Shown here: one piece after another, positions 1 through 8,898 of the stretch | How the letters are laid out: each line of letters opens with the position of its first letter | Position numbering within the stretch: the first letter of the stretch is position 1 | Assembly: GCA_028709385.1 (NCBI GenBank) | Contig: JAQVXD010000002.1 | Location: forward strand, 43,721-107,720 | Reading direction: 5' to 3' | Length of the DNA stretch: 64,000 bases | Source of the DNA: Fermentimonas sp. | GTDB lineage: Bacteria; Bacteroidota; Bacteroidia; Bacteroidales; Dysgonomonadaceae | Made by a program: the position numbers and the translations under genes | The notes under the pieces: generated by a model | What the model was told of the DNA's origin: nothing | What the model saw: only the letters and a program-made list of their open reading frames with translations | Databases searched by the model: none

Positions 1-1401
1 TCCGGATGCGAACTTGATGAGCGACTGGACGATTTGACAGGAGGTTATGAAGGTTACTTGATTGATAAAATCACCGGTGATTCTGTTACAACTGAATACT
101 ATGGTGCAAAGATAATGTTACTTGACCTGAAGTATGGTAATGTAGCTCAACCGTTAGTATACAATATCCTGCCTACCGGTGAATACAGGAATAGTAAAAT
201 CTATCCTTCAACATATAAAATATGGGCTGAAGGTCCATTTTACCAGCAAGATACGATTCAGGGAGACATAAATAGTATGAAGGAAATGAATCTTACTGTA
301 ACGCCAAACTTCAATCTTGATATTGAGAAAGTGGAACTAAAATATGGTATTGCAGCTGAAGTGACATATTCATATGTTTTAAATAACCCCCGCTCTACTA
401 CAGCTGATATCGGGATTGTATACGGTACAGATATATATCCGGGGTTTCGTACTGCTATGAACGAAACAGAGTCGGCAAGGACCTATAAAAGGATAAAAAG
501 CGGCATAACTGAGAAGTCAGGTAAGTTCACTGAAGTTTATTATCTGAATCCTAATAGTACATATTATATAAGAGCATTGGCAAAAGGCAACAACTCAGGT
601 GATTACTGGAATTATTCTAAACAATATGTTTTGAATACTACTGATGTTGATATTAGCAGTATTCCTATAGAAATGAAACAAGGGGTGACAAGTGCAACTT
701 CGGCTGTACTTCAATGGTCATTCCCCGGTTCTATTGTAGAAAATATTAAAGTTACTTATACCGACCGCGATGGAGTTGCTGTTGAAAGCATATTTTCATC
801 AAATGCTAAGTCTTATGTGGCCAACCTTGAACACAATTCAACCACTACAATTGGAGTGGAATTATTAACCAAGGGAGGTGTAAGCAGTGGAGTGAAAAAT
901 ATAAGTGTCACTACTAACGGCTTATCTGACTACTATGTCTTGGCGGCTCAACTGGGAAGACCTGAAAATATTCCTCTTTTTAACGACAGAGCTTTTAAAA
1001 TGTCTTTATCTAAGAGTCATGCCGAGATTAAGGGACCATCAATTGATCCGGGCTGGGTTGAAAGTCCGTTCAGAGGTGAATTCATCGATTGGTGGAACAT
1101 ATGGGCAGCTCCTACTAATATGCCTAAAAATGAGGATATTGAAAACTATAAAACATTTACCTTGTATGGTGAGGTACAAAACCTTCTTGATTTACTGCCA
1201 TTTGTAAATCTAGAGAAGCTTATTATTCTTCAGGGCGGAGATTTATTTGACAAAGGACTTACCATAAATCCTAACGTTGATTTGACAATACTTAAGAGTC
1301 TGAAAAAGCTCAATACTGTAGAAATTGGACCAGGGGTACCATTGAATACTACGCATTTCAGTAATGCAGGACTTGATAATTTGACGATAATTAAGAATTA
1401 A
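1..1401 (+). CDS. PUL-associated lipoprotein, 5'-truncated: DUF3823-like N-terminus, beta-sandwich/FN3-like middle, LRR-like C-terminus
   Basis: Frame is open from base 1 (SGCELDERLDDLTGGYEG), so a lipobox-like SGC lies at 1-9 and the true start is just upstream of the window. The 'GYLIDKITG...GEYRNSKIYPSTYKIWAEGPF' segment resembles DUF3823 proteins found after susD. The C-terminus has LxxLxxL repeats. Confidence 0.6.
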   Translation, partial: SGCELDERLDDLTGGYEGYLIDKITGDSVTTEYYGAKIMLLDLKYGNVAQPLVYNILPTGEYRNSKIYPSTYKIWAEGPFYQQDTIQGDINSMKEMNLTVTPNFNLDIEKVELKYGIAAEVTYSYVLNNPRSTTADIGIVYGTDIYPGFRTAMNETESARTYKRIKSGITEKSGKFTEVYYLNPNSTYYIRALAKGNNSGDYWNYSKQYVLNTTDVDISSIPIEMKQGVTSATSAVLQWSFPGSIVENIKVTYTDRDGVAVESIFSSNAKSYVANLEHNSTTTIGVELLTKGGVSSGVKNISVTTNGLSDYYVLAAQLGRPENIPLFNDRAFKMSLSKSHAEIKGPSIDPGWVESPFRGEFIDWWNIWAAPTNMPKNEDIENYKTFTLYGEVQNLLDLLPFVNLEKLIILQGGDLFDKGLTINPNVDLTILKSLKKLNTVEIGPGVPLNTTHFSNAGLDNLTIIKN

Positions 1402-1412
1402 TTTACAATAGA

Positions 1413-1465
1413 AATTTCTCTTTTGTCTTAAGTTAATATTAAAGCCTTAAGACAAAAGAGAAATT
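1413..1465. repeat. Perfect 20-bp inverted repeat (intergenic stem-loop)
   Basis: aatttctcttttgtcttaag (1413-1432) and cttaagacaaaagagaaatt (1446-1465), 13-nt loop. Confidence 0.9.
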
Positions 1466-1498
1466 CGATGAAAACATAAAAACATCAATTTATAAATC

Positions 1499-3352
1499 AT
1501 GAAGAAAATCATATACATTTCATTGTTATTGTTTATTTTCACAAATTACAGCTGTAACAAAGAAGAAGTAGCAGATACTGATGGTTTTAAGACCAAATCG
1601 AACATCGTTTTTGATGCAAAAACAGATAAGACTATGTACGAATTGGGGGAAAATGTTTCAATCTCATTTTCAATAAACAACCCATCAAGTAGTGCCACAC
1701 TCGAAATTAAAGAAGTAAGCCTTTTTGTTAAGAATCTGACAGATAAGGTTAATCCATTACATGAAATTGCAAAATCAGGTATTGTGGCAGAGAATTTAGT
1801 TGTAAACGCAGGAGAATCATTATCGTTGGATATTTCTGATTTTATCACTATCAGCAACTCAATTGATATTAATACTTCATGTGGAATTTATACGCAATTT
1901 ACTTTTGAAGATGGTACGACCGAGTCATCATTTGCAACCTATTTCAGAGTAGTTGATGACAACACACTCCATACATACAATATTGATGTTGATGACTATA
2001 ATGGTCTCCCAATATATAAACTTACCGGTGGTATGAGCTCTGAATTTGGGGTTGAAAAATCTTTAACTTCATTTGCAAAAGGTATATCTCACTCATGGTT
2101 TCCTAAAGATAATAATGGTCCGTTTCCTGTTTGGGCAAGTGTTGACTTTTTAGAATTATCCCTCCAAAAGACAGTAGATTTGTATAACGCTGTACTTGGT
2201 GGAGAAAATGTAAAGGTAAAAACTGTGATTTTAGGAACCGGTGTACCATCTGTACCATATATTTCAACAACAATGCATGCAGCTTACCTGCCTGTTCATT
2301 TTCTGGCATCTGTAAACAGTGTTGCGGAAGTAGAAGCAATTTTAGACTATGCCGAAAGAGAAGTTGGGGAGAGCTATGCAACTTTAGGATATGATGGCTC
2401 AATGCCTGAACCTGCTGTTGCATGGATAAAACTTTTAGAGTTACCCGAAATTTACAGAAAGTTTATAGAAGATCATGATGTTGAAGAAGTAATATTATGG
2501 GGCGTTGAAGATAATGTCCTTGGTGAGACGTGGGCTCGTAAAGTTATTAGAGAAAAACAAACATCTGAATACGGGACTGGATCTATTTACATACAATATA
2601 CCGGTCATGGATCGGAAAGTGACTTACTGAATCTTAAAAGCAGAATAAACGACTTTGATAATATTGTTCTTGAAGCCGAAACTAATATCCCTGACTGGGA
2701 AAGCGGGCTGTCTGACAATCAAATATCTAAACTGGTCAAAGACATTAATAACAATACTGACGCAACAACATATAGTGTCACTGCATTTGGGGACATGATT
2801 CATATTTATGATATTGCTTCATATCTGTCTCTGGAATATTTAAAAAAGAATGAGAGTGTTTTGGGAACTGCCACAATAGAAGCCGTCACACTTAATGAGT
2901 ACCTTACTTCAAACCCTCAATTTGAAATTACTCTGGGAAGAATTCCTCTTTTGTACTGGCAATTTATTCCTGCTCAATTCACAATTGATAGAATTTTTAA
3001 TGGTTATCTTGCCGGGGCTATTTCTAGTTATTATCCGGAAGTCACGATTCCTGTCCTCAAACAAAAGATATTTTATCTAAACTCTAATTATGGAAGAAAC
3101 GAACTAAAAACATCTTTGATTAATTATGGAGTTACCGGGGAAATAACTGCTAGACAAACATCGCACGATGTGTGGACAGGTAACGGTAGTTCTTTTAGTG
3201 AAGTATATGCATGGGTAATTATTAATCTTATAGGCCTGGATGAGTATCAAAGCAAACAATATCAAACTTTACCACTTACAATTAATGAGTTGGAATCGAT
3301 CTGCAGTAAGGTAGGAAGTTTCTCACAAGGGTTACACTTTAAACAATATTAA
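1499..3352 (+). CDS. Hypothetical outer-membrane lipoprotein: Ig-like N-terminal domain plus an unassigned domain of about 460 aa (paralog of 3377-4825)
   Basis: SpII signal MKKIIYISLLLFIFTNYS-C followed by acidic NKEEVAD. Shares many motifs with the next ORF. Confidence 0.8.
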   Translation: MKKIIYISLLLFIFTNYSCNKEEVADTDGFKTKSNIVFDAKTDKTMYELGENVSISFSINNPSSSATLEIKEVSLFVKNLTDKVNPLHEIAKSGIVAENLVVNAGESLSLDISDFITISNSIDINTSCGIYTQFTFEDGTTESSFATYFRVVDDNTLHTYNIDVDDYNGLPIYKLTGGMSSEFGVEKSLTSFAKGISHSWFPKDNNGPFPVWASVDFLELSLQKTVDLYNAVLGGENVKVKTVILGTGVPSVPYISTTMHAAYLPVHFLASVNSVAEVEAILDYAEREVGESYATLGYDGSMPEPAVAWIKLLELPEIYRKFIEDHDVEEVILWGVEDNVLGETWARKVIREKQTSEYGTGSIYIQYTGHGSESDLLNLKSRINDFDNIVLEAETNIPDWESGLSDNQISKLVKDINNNTDATTYSVTAFGDMIHIYDIASYLSLEYLKKNESVLGTATIEAVTLNEYLTSNPQFEITLGRIPLLYWQFIPAQFTIDRIFNGYLAGAISSYYPEVTIPVLKQKIFYLNSNYGRNELKTSLINYGVTGEITARQTSHDVWTGNGSSFSEVYAWVIINLIGLDEYQSKQYQTLPLTINELESICSKVGSFSQGLHFKQY

Positions 3353-3376
3353 TCACTATCAATTACAAGATGTTTT

Positions 3377-4825
3377 ATGATTAAATTATATATATCAATT
3401 ATATCAATTTTCGCTTTGTCTGCTAAGGTTTTCGCTGAAAACAGAGATGAATATTTCCAACAAAAAAAAGAATCCATACTTACTACATACGAAATAAACA
3501 AAGAAACTTACAAAGGAGTTGATGTTTTCACTTTAGATGGCGGTATGAGTGCTGAATATGCAGTGCAAAAATCTCTTTCAAATATGACTTCTGCTGTTAG
3601 CCACACCTGGAAAATTGGCAAAGGTGGAGGACCTGCACCTGTTTGGGGGGAAAAGGATTTTTTAATAAAATCAGCACAAAAAACGGTTGATCTTTACAAT
3701 AAATATCTTGGTTCAGATAAACCGATAGAAACAGTAATTATTTCTACAGGAGTCCCTGTAGTCCCCTATTTGTCTGCAGTATTAGATGCTGTTGTATTAC
3801 CATTTCACTTTTTAGTATCTGTTGATTCAATCAAAAGTGTACAATCTATCTTAGAATACTCAAATTCAAAAGGCTACCCTTCATATGCAACTTTAGGCTA
3901 TGATGCTTCTATGGCAGATGTGGGAGTGGCATGGATAAAATTTTTAGATGTGCCTGATATTTATTTGAAATTTATTAGAGATCACAAGGTGAAAAATGTA
4001 ATATTCCTTGGTGTGGGAGAAGGTGTGCATTCCGAATCATTTTGCAGAAGAGTCAGGGGTACGGGCGAACCTGATAAACATTACTCAAACGGTTCCTTGT
4101 ATATACTTTACACACAGAGCGGATCAGATTTTGATATAGAATCAATTTCTTCTAATATAAAAGATTACGATCCGGATAAACTAGAGGAAGGAAAAATGCT
4201 TGCAGACTGGGAAAGTGGTGTAGTTCAAGCGCATCTCGATACTTTTGTGGATGATATAAAAACAAAAACAAGTGCCAAACCATTCTCGATAATAAGTCCA
4301 TATGACATGTCGGACATGTATGACTTGGCTGCAGATATATCACTTGAGTATATTAATAAAAACAACATTGATTTTCAAGGAGTAATGTTTAATGAGTATC
4401 TGATTTCTCAACCCAAGTATGAATTAATGAACGGTAAAATCCCTCTGTTATACTGGCAATTCACTCCCGCATCAAGAATTGTGAACAGACTCAGTGACTA
4501 TATTTTACCCGCAGCTGAGGTTTATTTTCCCGATACTGATTTTAAAGAATTATCAATTCATGTAAATGCAAGGATTGGGAAATATGATATTATTAAAGAG
4601 CTGGAAAAAAAGGGTTTCACTAATATTACTAAAAGACTGGATAACGTAGAAGAGGTTTGGGATCTTTCAGATGGCATCAATTCTCCCTGTGAGTTTATAG
4701 TAGAAGAAATTGCAAAAGATGCAGACTCCTTTAAGAAAAAAATGGAGACACTTAAACCCCTAAATATAGAGGATTTAAATAAGGTTATTAGCAATATTGA
4801 AGGAATAACATTTAAAAGGTATTAG
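3377..4825 (+). CDS. Hypothetical secreted (SpI) protein, paralog of the C-terminal domain of 1499-3352
   Basis: Signal peptide ending VFA. Shared motifs GGMSxE, QKTVDLYN, TGVPxVPY, SYATLGYD, VAWIK, DWESG, NEYL, IPLLYWQF. Confidence 0.8.
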   Translation: MIKLYISIISIFALSAKVFAENRDEYFQQKKESILTTYEINKETYKGVDVFTLDGGMSAEYAVQKSLSNMTSAVSHTWKIGKGGGPAPVWGEKDFLIKSAQKTVDLYNKYLGSDKPIETVIISTGVPVVPYLSAVLDAVVLPFHFLVSVDSIKSVQSILEYSNSKGYPSYATLGYDASMADVGVAWIKFLDVPDIYLKFIRDHKVKNVIFLGVGEGVHSESFCRRVRGTGEPDKHYSNGSLYILYTQSGSDFDIESISSNIKDYDPDKLEEGKMLADWESGVVQAHLDTFVDDIKTKTSAKPFSIISPYDMSDMYDLAADISLEYINKNNIDFQGVMFNEYLISQPKYELMNGKIPLLYWQFTPASRIVNRLSDYILPAAEVYFPDTDFKELSIHVNARIGKYDIIKELEKKGFTNITKRLDNVEEVWDLSDGINSPCEFIVEEIAKDADSFKKKMETLKPLNIEDLNKVISNIEGITFKRY

Positions 4826-4855
4826 TTAAATAGAAAATTTGGAAGACTAATATTG

Positions 4856-4863
4856 TATCTTTG
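4856..4863 (+). promoter_or_regulatory. Bacteroidetes -7 promoter element (TATCTTTG) for the AraC gene
   Basis: Matches TAnnTTTG about 25 nt before ATG 4888. Confidence 0.55.
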
Positions 4864-4887
4864 CCGATAATAATTTGCAGAAAATCA

Positions 4888-6021
4888 ATGAGCAGCATTT
4901 TTATTATCGGCATTTTCCTATCGTTTTTCTTATCTGTTTTGCTTTTCACTAAAAAGAACAGATCTCTTTCTGATAAAATATTGGCTGTTTGGCTAATAAC
5001 AATCGGTATATATCTGGTCAACTATTACATTTATTTACAGGGTTACTGGGAAATATACCCTCATCTTGTTGGCTTATTACATCCGTTCCCTTTGCTATTC
5101 GGACCATTCCTGTATCTGTATGTGACATTTTCTATTAGAAAAGATCAATTTTTTCTGAAGAAAGATTTACTCCATTTTTTGCCGTTTGTCTTGGTTTATT
5201 TTCTCATGATGCCTTTTTATTTTGGCTATTCTGCAGAAGAAAAACTACGTGTAGACCAGATGGAAACAAATAGTGAGTTCCGAATCCTGATGATGACATC
5301 CCTCGTTTGCTTTGTTTTATCCGGTATAATTTACCCTATTGTTTCGTATCGTAAAATAGGAAAATATGAAAAAATGATTGGCCAAAACTTTGCTTATCAT
5401 GAGAAGATTAGTCTTAAATGGCTGAAATTTCTTATTCACGGGCTGGCCGCAATTGTACTTGCTGCAGGAATTCTTTACTTACTAACTGAGGGAATTGGAT
5501 TAAACTTCAGTTTTAATATTGATTTGATCATCTTTAGCTTGATTATTGGCTTCATCTTTTTGCTCGGTTATTTCGGAATAAGATATCAAGGTGTTTTTTC
5601 TGAAGGGATTAATCTTGAAGAGATTATAGAGCCCCAGGTAAATGGCGAATACAGGAAATCAGGACTGAAAGATTCAGAGGCAATTCAGATTAGGGAAAAC
5701 CTTTTATCGTTAATGGAAGATGAGAAACCTTTCCTTGAGCCTAAGCTTTCGCTGAGTGATTTGGCTGTAAAGATTGATGTATCACCAAATTACCTTTCGC
5801 AAGTCATTAACCAGTATGAGGGAAAGAACTTCTACTATTTTGTAAATAGCTACCGTGTAAATGAGTTTATCAAAAGGGCGAATATCAAGGAAAACAGAAA
5901 TTTGAATCTTTTGGGGATTGCTTATGATTCCGGCTTTAATTCGAAGTCGTCCTTTAATGATGTTTTTAAAAAAATTACAGGGAAAACTCCATCTCAATAT
6001 CTCAGAGAAGGGAAAAAGTAG
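4888..6021 (+). CDS. Membrane-anchored AraC-family transcriptional regulator (multi-TM N-terminus, C-terminal double HTH)
   Basis: About 7 hydrophobic segments, then 'PFLEPKLSLSDLA...NYLSQVIN...IAYDSGFNSKSSFNDVFKKITGKTPSQY'. Start moved to ATG 4888 because the promoter element overlaps TTG 4861. Confidence 0.9.
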   Translation: MSSIFIIGIFLSFFLSVLLFTKKNRSLSDKILAVWLITIGIYLVNYYIYLQGYWEIYPHLVGLLHPFPLLFGPFLYLYVTFSIRKDQFFLKKDLLHFLPFVLVYFLMMPFYFGYSAEEKLRVDQMETNSEFRILMMTSLVCFVLSGIIYPIVSYRKIGKYEKMIGQNFAYHEKISLKWLKFLIHGLAAIVLAAGILYLLTEGIGLNFSFNIDLIIFSLIIGFIFLLGYFGIRYQGVFSEGINLEEIIEPQVNGEYRKSGLKDSEAIQIRENLLSLMEDEKPFLEPKLSLSDLAVKIDVSPNYLSQVINQYEGKNFYYFVNSYRVNEFIKRANIKENRNLNLLGIAYDSGFNSKSSFNDVFKKITGKTPSQYLREGKK

Positions 6022-6087
6022 TATTTTTAATTTTATATTACTTTTGAATTATTAGTCTCAAAGACAGAACAATAACTATGTATAAAA

Positions 6088-6140
6088 GTCCGGCCTTATA
6101 AGATCGGACTCTTTTTTTGTCCGCATTTACCCGTTTGGAC
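6088..6140. promoter_or_regulatory. Tandem GTCC-N14-GGAC palindromic sites (candidate operator); copy 1 with its T-run may also be the araC terminator
   Basis: gtcc-ggccttataagatc-ggac (6088-6109) and gtcc-gcatttacccgttt-ggac (6119-6140), 31 bp apart, upstream of a degenerate -7 element CAGCTTTG (6162-6169). Confidence 0.5.
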
Positions 6141-6193
6141 GATGCACTTAAGATATTATCGCAGCTTTGCAGTCGAAATAAAAAAAATCAATT

Positions 6194-8575
6194 ATGTCCA
6201 ATTTATTTAAACAAAAAAACATGAGACTTCAAGCTATTGTAATTAGAATCTGTGTAATAATTTCTATGTTGGTATTTTTAAGTTTATCTCTATCTGCTCA
6301 AAATAATCAGACGGTAAAAGGAAAAGTTTTTGATATTGACACACATGAACCTCTCATAGGAGCTGCTGTTGTTATATTAGAATCTGAACCTCTCTTAGGG
6401 GGTACGACTAATTCAGACGGAAATTTCCTGATTGAGAATGTACCTTTGGGCCGTCACGATATTCAGGTTTCTTACATGGGATACAAACCTGTTTTAGTTA
6501 CTGAGCTAATGGTGACATCAGGCAAAGAGGTTGTTTTAGAAACAGGCCTCGCACAAAGCACCACTGAAATGGATGAATTTGTTGTAACTGCAAATTCAAG
6601 AAAAGATAAGCCTCTTAATTCAATGGCACTTATAAGTGCCCGCACATTTACTGTTGAAGAGGCCGGTAGATATGCAGGCGGAATAAATGATCCTGCTCGA
6701 CTTGTTTCTGCTTTTGCCGGGGTTTCAGTGGGTAATGTGCAAAACAATTCGATAATTGTTAGGGGTAATGCACCTCAGGGGGTGTCTTGGCGACTTGAGG
6801 GTGTTGAGATTCCTACTCCTCATCACTTTGCAGGAGCAAATGTTACGGGTGGCGGCTTTTTTACTCTTTTCAGCAGTCAGATGCTGGCTAATTCTGATTT
6901 TTTTACAGGAGCTTTTCCTGCAGAATATGGGAATGCAACTGCTGCTGTTTTCGATATGAAATTTAGAAATGGCAACAGGGACAAGCATGAGCATTCCGCT
7001 CAAATAGGTGTACTGGGAATTGATATTTCGTCGGAGGGACCTATATCTCGAAAAAACGGCTCATCCTATCTCTTTAACTATCGATACTCAACAATGGGTT
7101 TACTGCATGACCTGAAAATATTGCCATCGGATCAGCTCTTTAAATATCAGGACTTGTCATTTAAATTCAACTTCCCGACAAGAAAGGCAGGTACATTCTC
7201 GTTGTGGGGAATCGGAGGTATTGATAAAAGTACTGCTCCTGCTGAAAACGACTCTACTTTATGGGAACTTGACTACCATAGATTGGGAATGAACTGGGAT
7301 ATGTATATGGGGTCAGTGGGACTAAGTCATAAAATTATACTAAATGAGAAGAGCTACCTGCATTCTAACGCTTCTTTCTCAGGATCTGTAAATGATCTTA
7401 ACTCCGACAGGCTCGATAATGAGTTGACGTTGCAACCTGATATGAGACTTAAGAATGGATCATCAAATGCATCCTTATCATCAACACTAAATTATAAATT
7501 CAACCCAAATTTAAACATGAGAACAGGTATTGTTGCCAAGAATATATTTTACGATCTTGATCTGTCAGGAACTCAAAACTATATTCCTGAAACATATCAG
7601 TCACTTGTTAAAGAGGAATGCAAAGCTTATTCCGGTGAAGCTTTCATGCAATTTCAATATCATATTTCTCCTTCTGTAACAGCAAACGGAGGTATCCATA
7701 GCAATTATTTTGGTGTAAATGATGAGTTAACACTGGAGCCAAGACTTGGATTGCGATGGGCATTCCTGAAGGATCAGACATTTAGTTTGGGTTACGGTAT
7801 TCACAGCCGCAGCGAAGAACTGCGCTTTTATCTTTTAGAAGTTGATGGTAAACAGCCTAACAAACAACTTCGAACTTCTAAAGCACATCATGCAGTGGCA
7901 GGTTACGATTGGCGCATTAACAACTTTAGCCGCTTTAAAGCAGAAGCATATTATCAGTCTCTGTATGATTTTCCTGGAATGGAAAACAGCTCTTATTCAC
8001 TGATTAACTTCAAACAGGAATATACTTTTAATAAAGTACTTGTGAATAACACAGAAGGATATAATTACGGGATTGATCTAACATACGAGCGTTTTATGCA
8101 CAACAACTATTACTACTTGCTTACAGCATCTTTATATGATTCAAAATATAAAGGGGGTGATAATATATGGCATAACACCAGATACAACGGAAATTATGTG
8201 GCGAACGCACTTTTCGGAAAGGAGTTCTTTTTCAAAGAAAACAATAGGGTGCTTGATTTTAACATTAGATTGAGTGTATCGGGCGGAGAGCGTTACACCC
8301 CGGCTTTGAAAGATGAAACCGAAAGTCAGAAAAGAATTATTGAAGACGAAAGCCGGGCATACGAAAATCAGTTCCCTGCAATGGTTTACCTGGATTTTGG
8401 ACTGAATTACCGTATTAATCACAAAAAAGCATCAAGCCTTTTTTCAGTAAATATTAAAAATCTTGCAGGAACACCTGTTTATGAAGGTATCGACTATAAC
8501 TTGAAGACCGGAGAGATTCAGATTTCACAAAGCACCTTCATTTTACCTGTTTTAAGTTACAAGATTGAATTTTGA
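6194..8575 (+). CDS. TonB-dependent receptor with N-terminal carboxypeptidase-regulatory-like domain (start may be 6221)
   Basis: Signal peptide; 'VKGKVFDIDTHEPLIGAAV' domain; plug motifs 'DPARLV...IIVRGN...GAFPAEYGNA'; C-terminal YKIEF barrel signature. Confidence 0.9.
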   Translation: MSNLFKQKNMRLQAIVIRICVIISMLVFLSLSLSAQNNQTVKGKVFDIDTHEPLIGAAVVILESEPLLGGTTNSDGNFLIENVPLGRHDIQVSYMGYKPVLVTELMVTSGKEVVLETGLAQSTTEMDEFVVTANSRKDKPLNSMALISARTFTVEEAGRYAGGINDPARLVSAFAGVSVGNVQNNSIIVRGNAPQGVSWRLEGVEIPTPHHFAGANVTGGGFFTLFSSQMLANSDFFTGAFPAEYGNATAAVFDMKFRNGNRDKHEHSAQIGVLGIDISSEGPISRKNGSSYLFNYRYSTMGLLHDLKILPSDQLFKYQDLSFKFNFPTRKAGTFSLWGIGGIDKSTAPAENDSTLWELDYHRLGMNWDMYMGSVGLSHKIILNEKSYLHSNASFSGSVNDLNSDRLDNELTLQPDMRLKNGSSNASLSSTLNYKFNPNLNMRTGIVAKNIFYDLDLSGTQNYIPETYQSLVKEECKAYSGEAFMQFQYHISPSVTANGGIHSNYFGVNDELTLEPRLGLRWAFLKDQTFSLGYGIHSRSEELRFYLLEVDGKQPNKQLRTSKAHHAVAGYDWRINNFSRFKAEAYYQSLYDFPGMENSSYSLINFKQEYTFNKVLVNNTEGYNYGIDLTYERFMHNNYYYLLTASLYDSKYKGGDNIWHNTRYNGNYVANALFGKEFFFKENNRVLDFNIRLSVSGGERYTPALKDETESQKRIIEDESRAYENQFPAMVYLDFGLNYRINHKKASSLFSVNIKNLAGTPVYEGIDYNLKTGEIQISQSTFILPVLSYKIEF

Positions 8576-8680
8576 GTAATCGATCCATATCACACTTTGT
8601 CGTAAAAAGAAACCTTACAAAGGATTTTACCAAAAAGTAAATAAATGCATCTAATTATTTCATTTTATCAATTATTCATC

Positions 8681-8688
8681 TAACTTTG
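8681..8688 (+). promoter_or_regulatory. -7 promoter element (TAACTTTG) of the thr leader/operon
   Basis: Perfect TAnnTTTG ending 18 nt upstream of the leader ATG at 8707. Confidence 0.7.
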
Positions 8689-8706
8689 CATCAAATCTAC
8701 ATTAAA

Positions 8707-8781
8707 ATGTTTGAAATGCAGAGATTGTATTCAACATACTTAACTACAACAATGACTATGACCCCTTGGGGGGTTATATAA
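8707..8781 (+). CDS. Putative thr-operon leader peptide MFEMQRLYSTYLTTTMTMTPWGVI (24 aa)
   Basis: Translated by hand. Run ACT ACA ACA ATG ACT ATG ACC (TTTMTMT) at 8743-8763, lying between the promoter and thrA. Confidence 0.75.
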   Translation: MFEMQRLYSTYLTTTMTMTPWGVI

Positions 8782-8813
8782 TTTTTCACGTCCGTAAGCA
8801 GACACTGCTTTTT
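8757..8813 (+). terminator. Candidate attenuator hairpins in the thr leader
   Basis: tatgacccc/ggggttata stem (8757-8778) followed by taattttt; second stem aagcag/ctgctt (8796-8810) followed by ttt. Confidence 0.45.
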
Positions 8814-8898
8814 ATGCTAACCATTCGGTTTTTGCATTTAAAATCAACTTTTTATTATCAAATAATGCCGTTTAAATAACGGATAAAGTCTTTTACAG

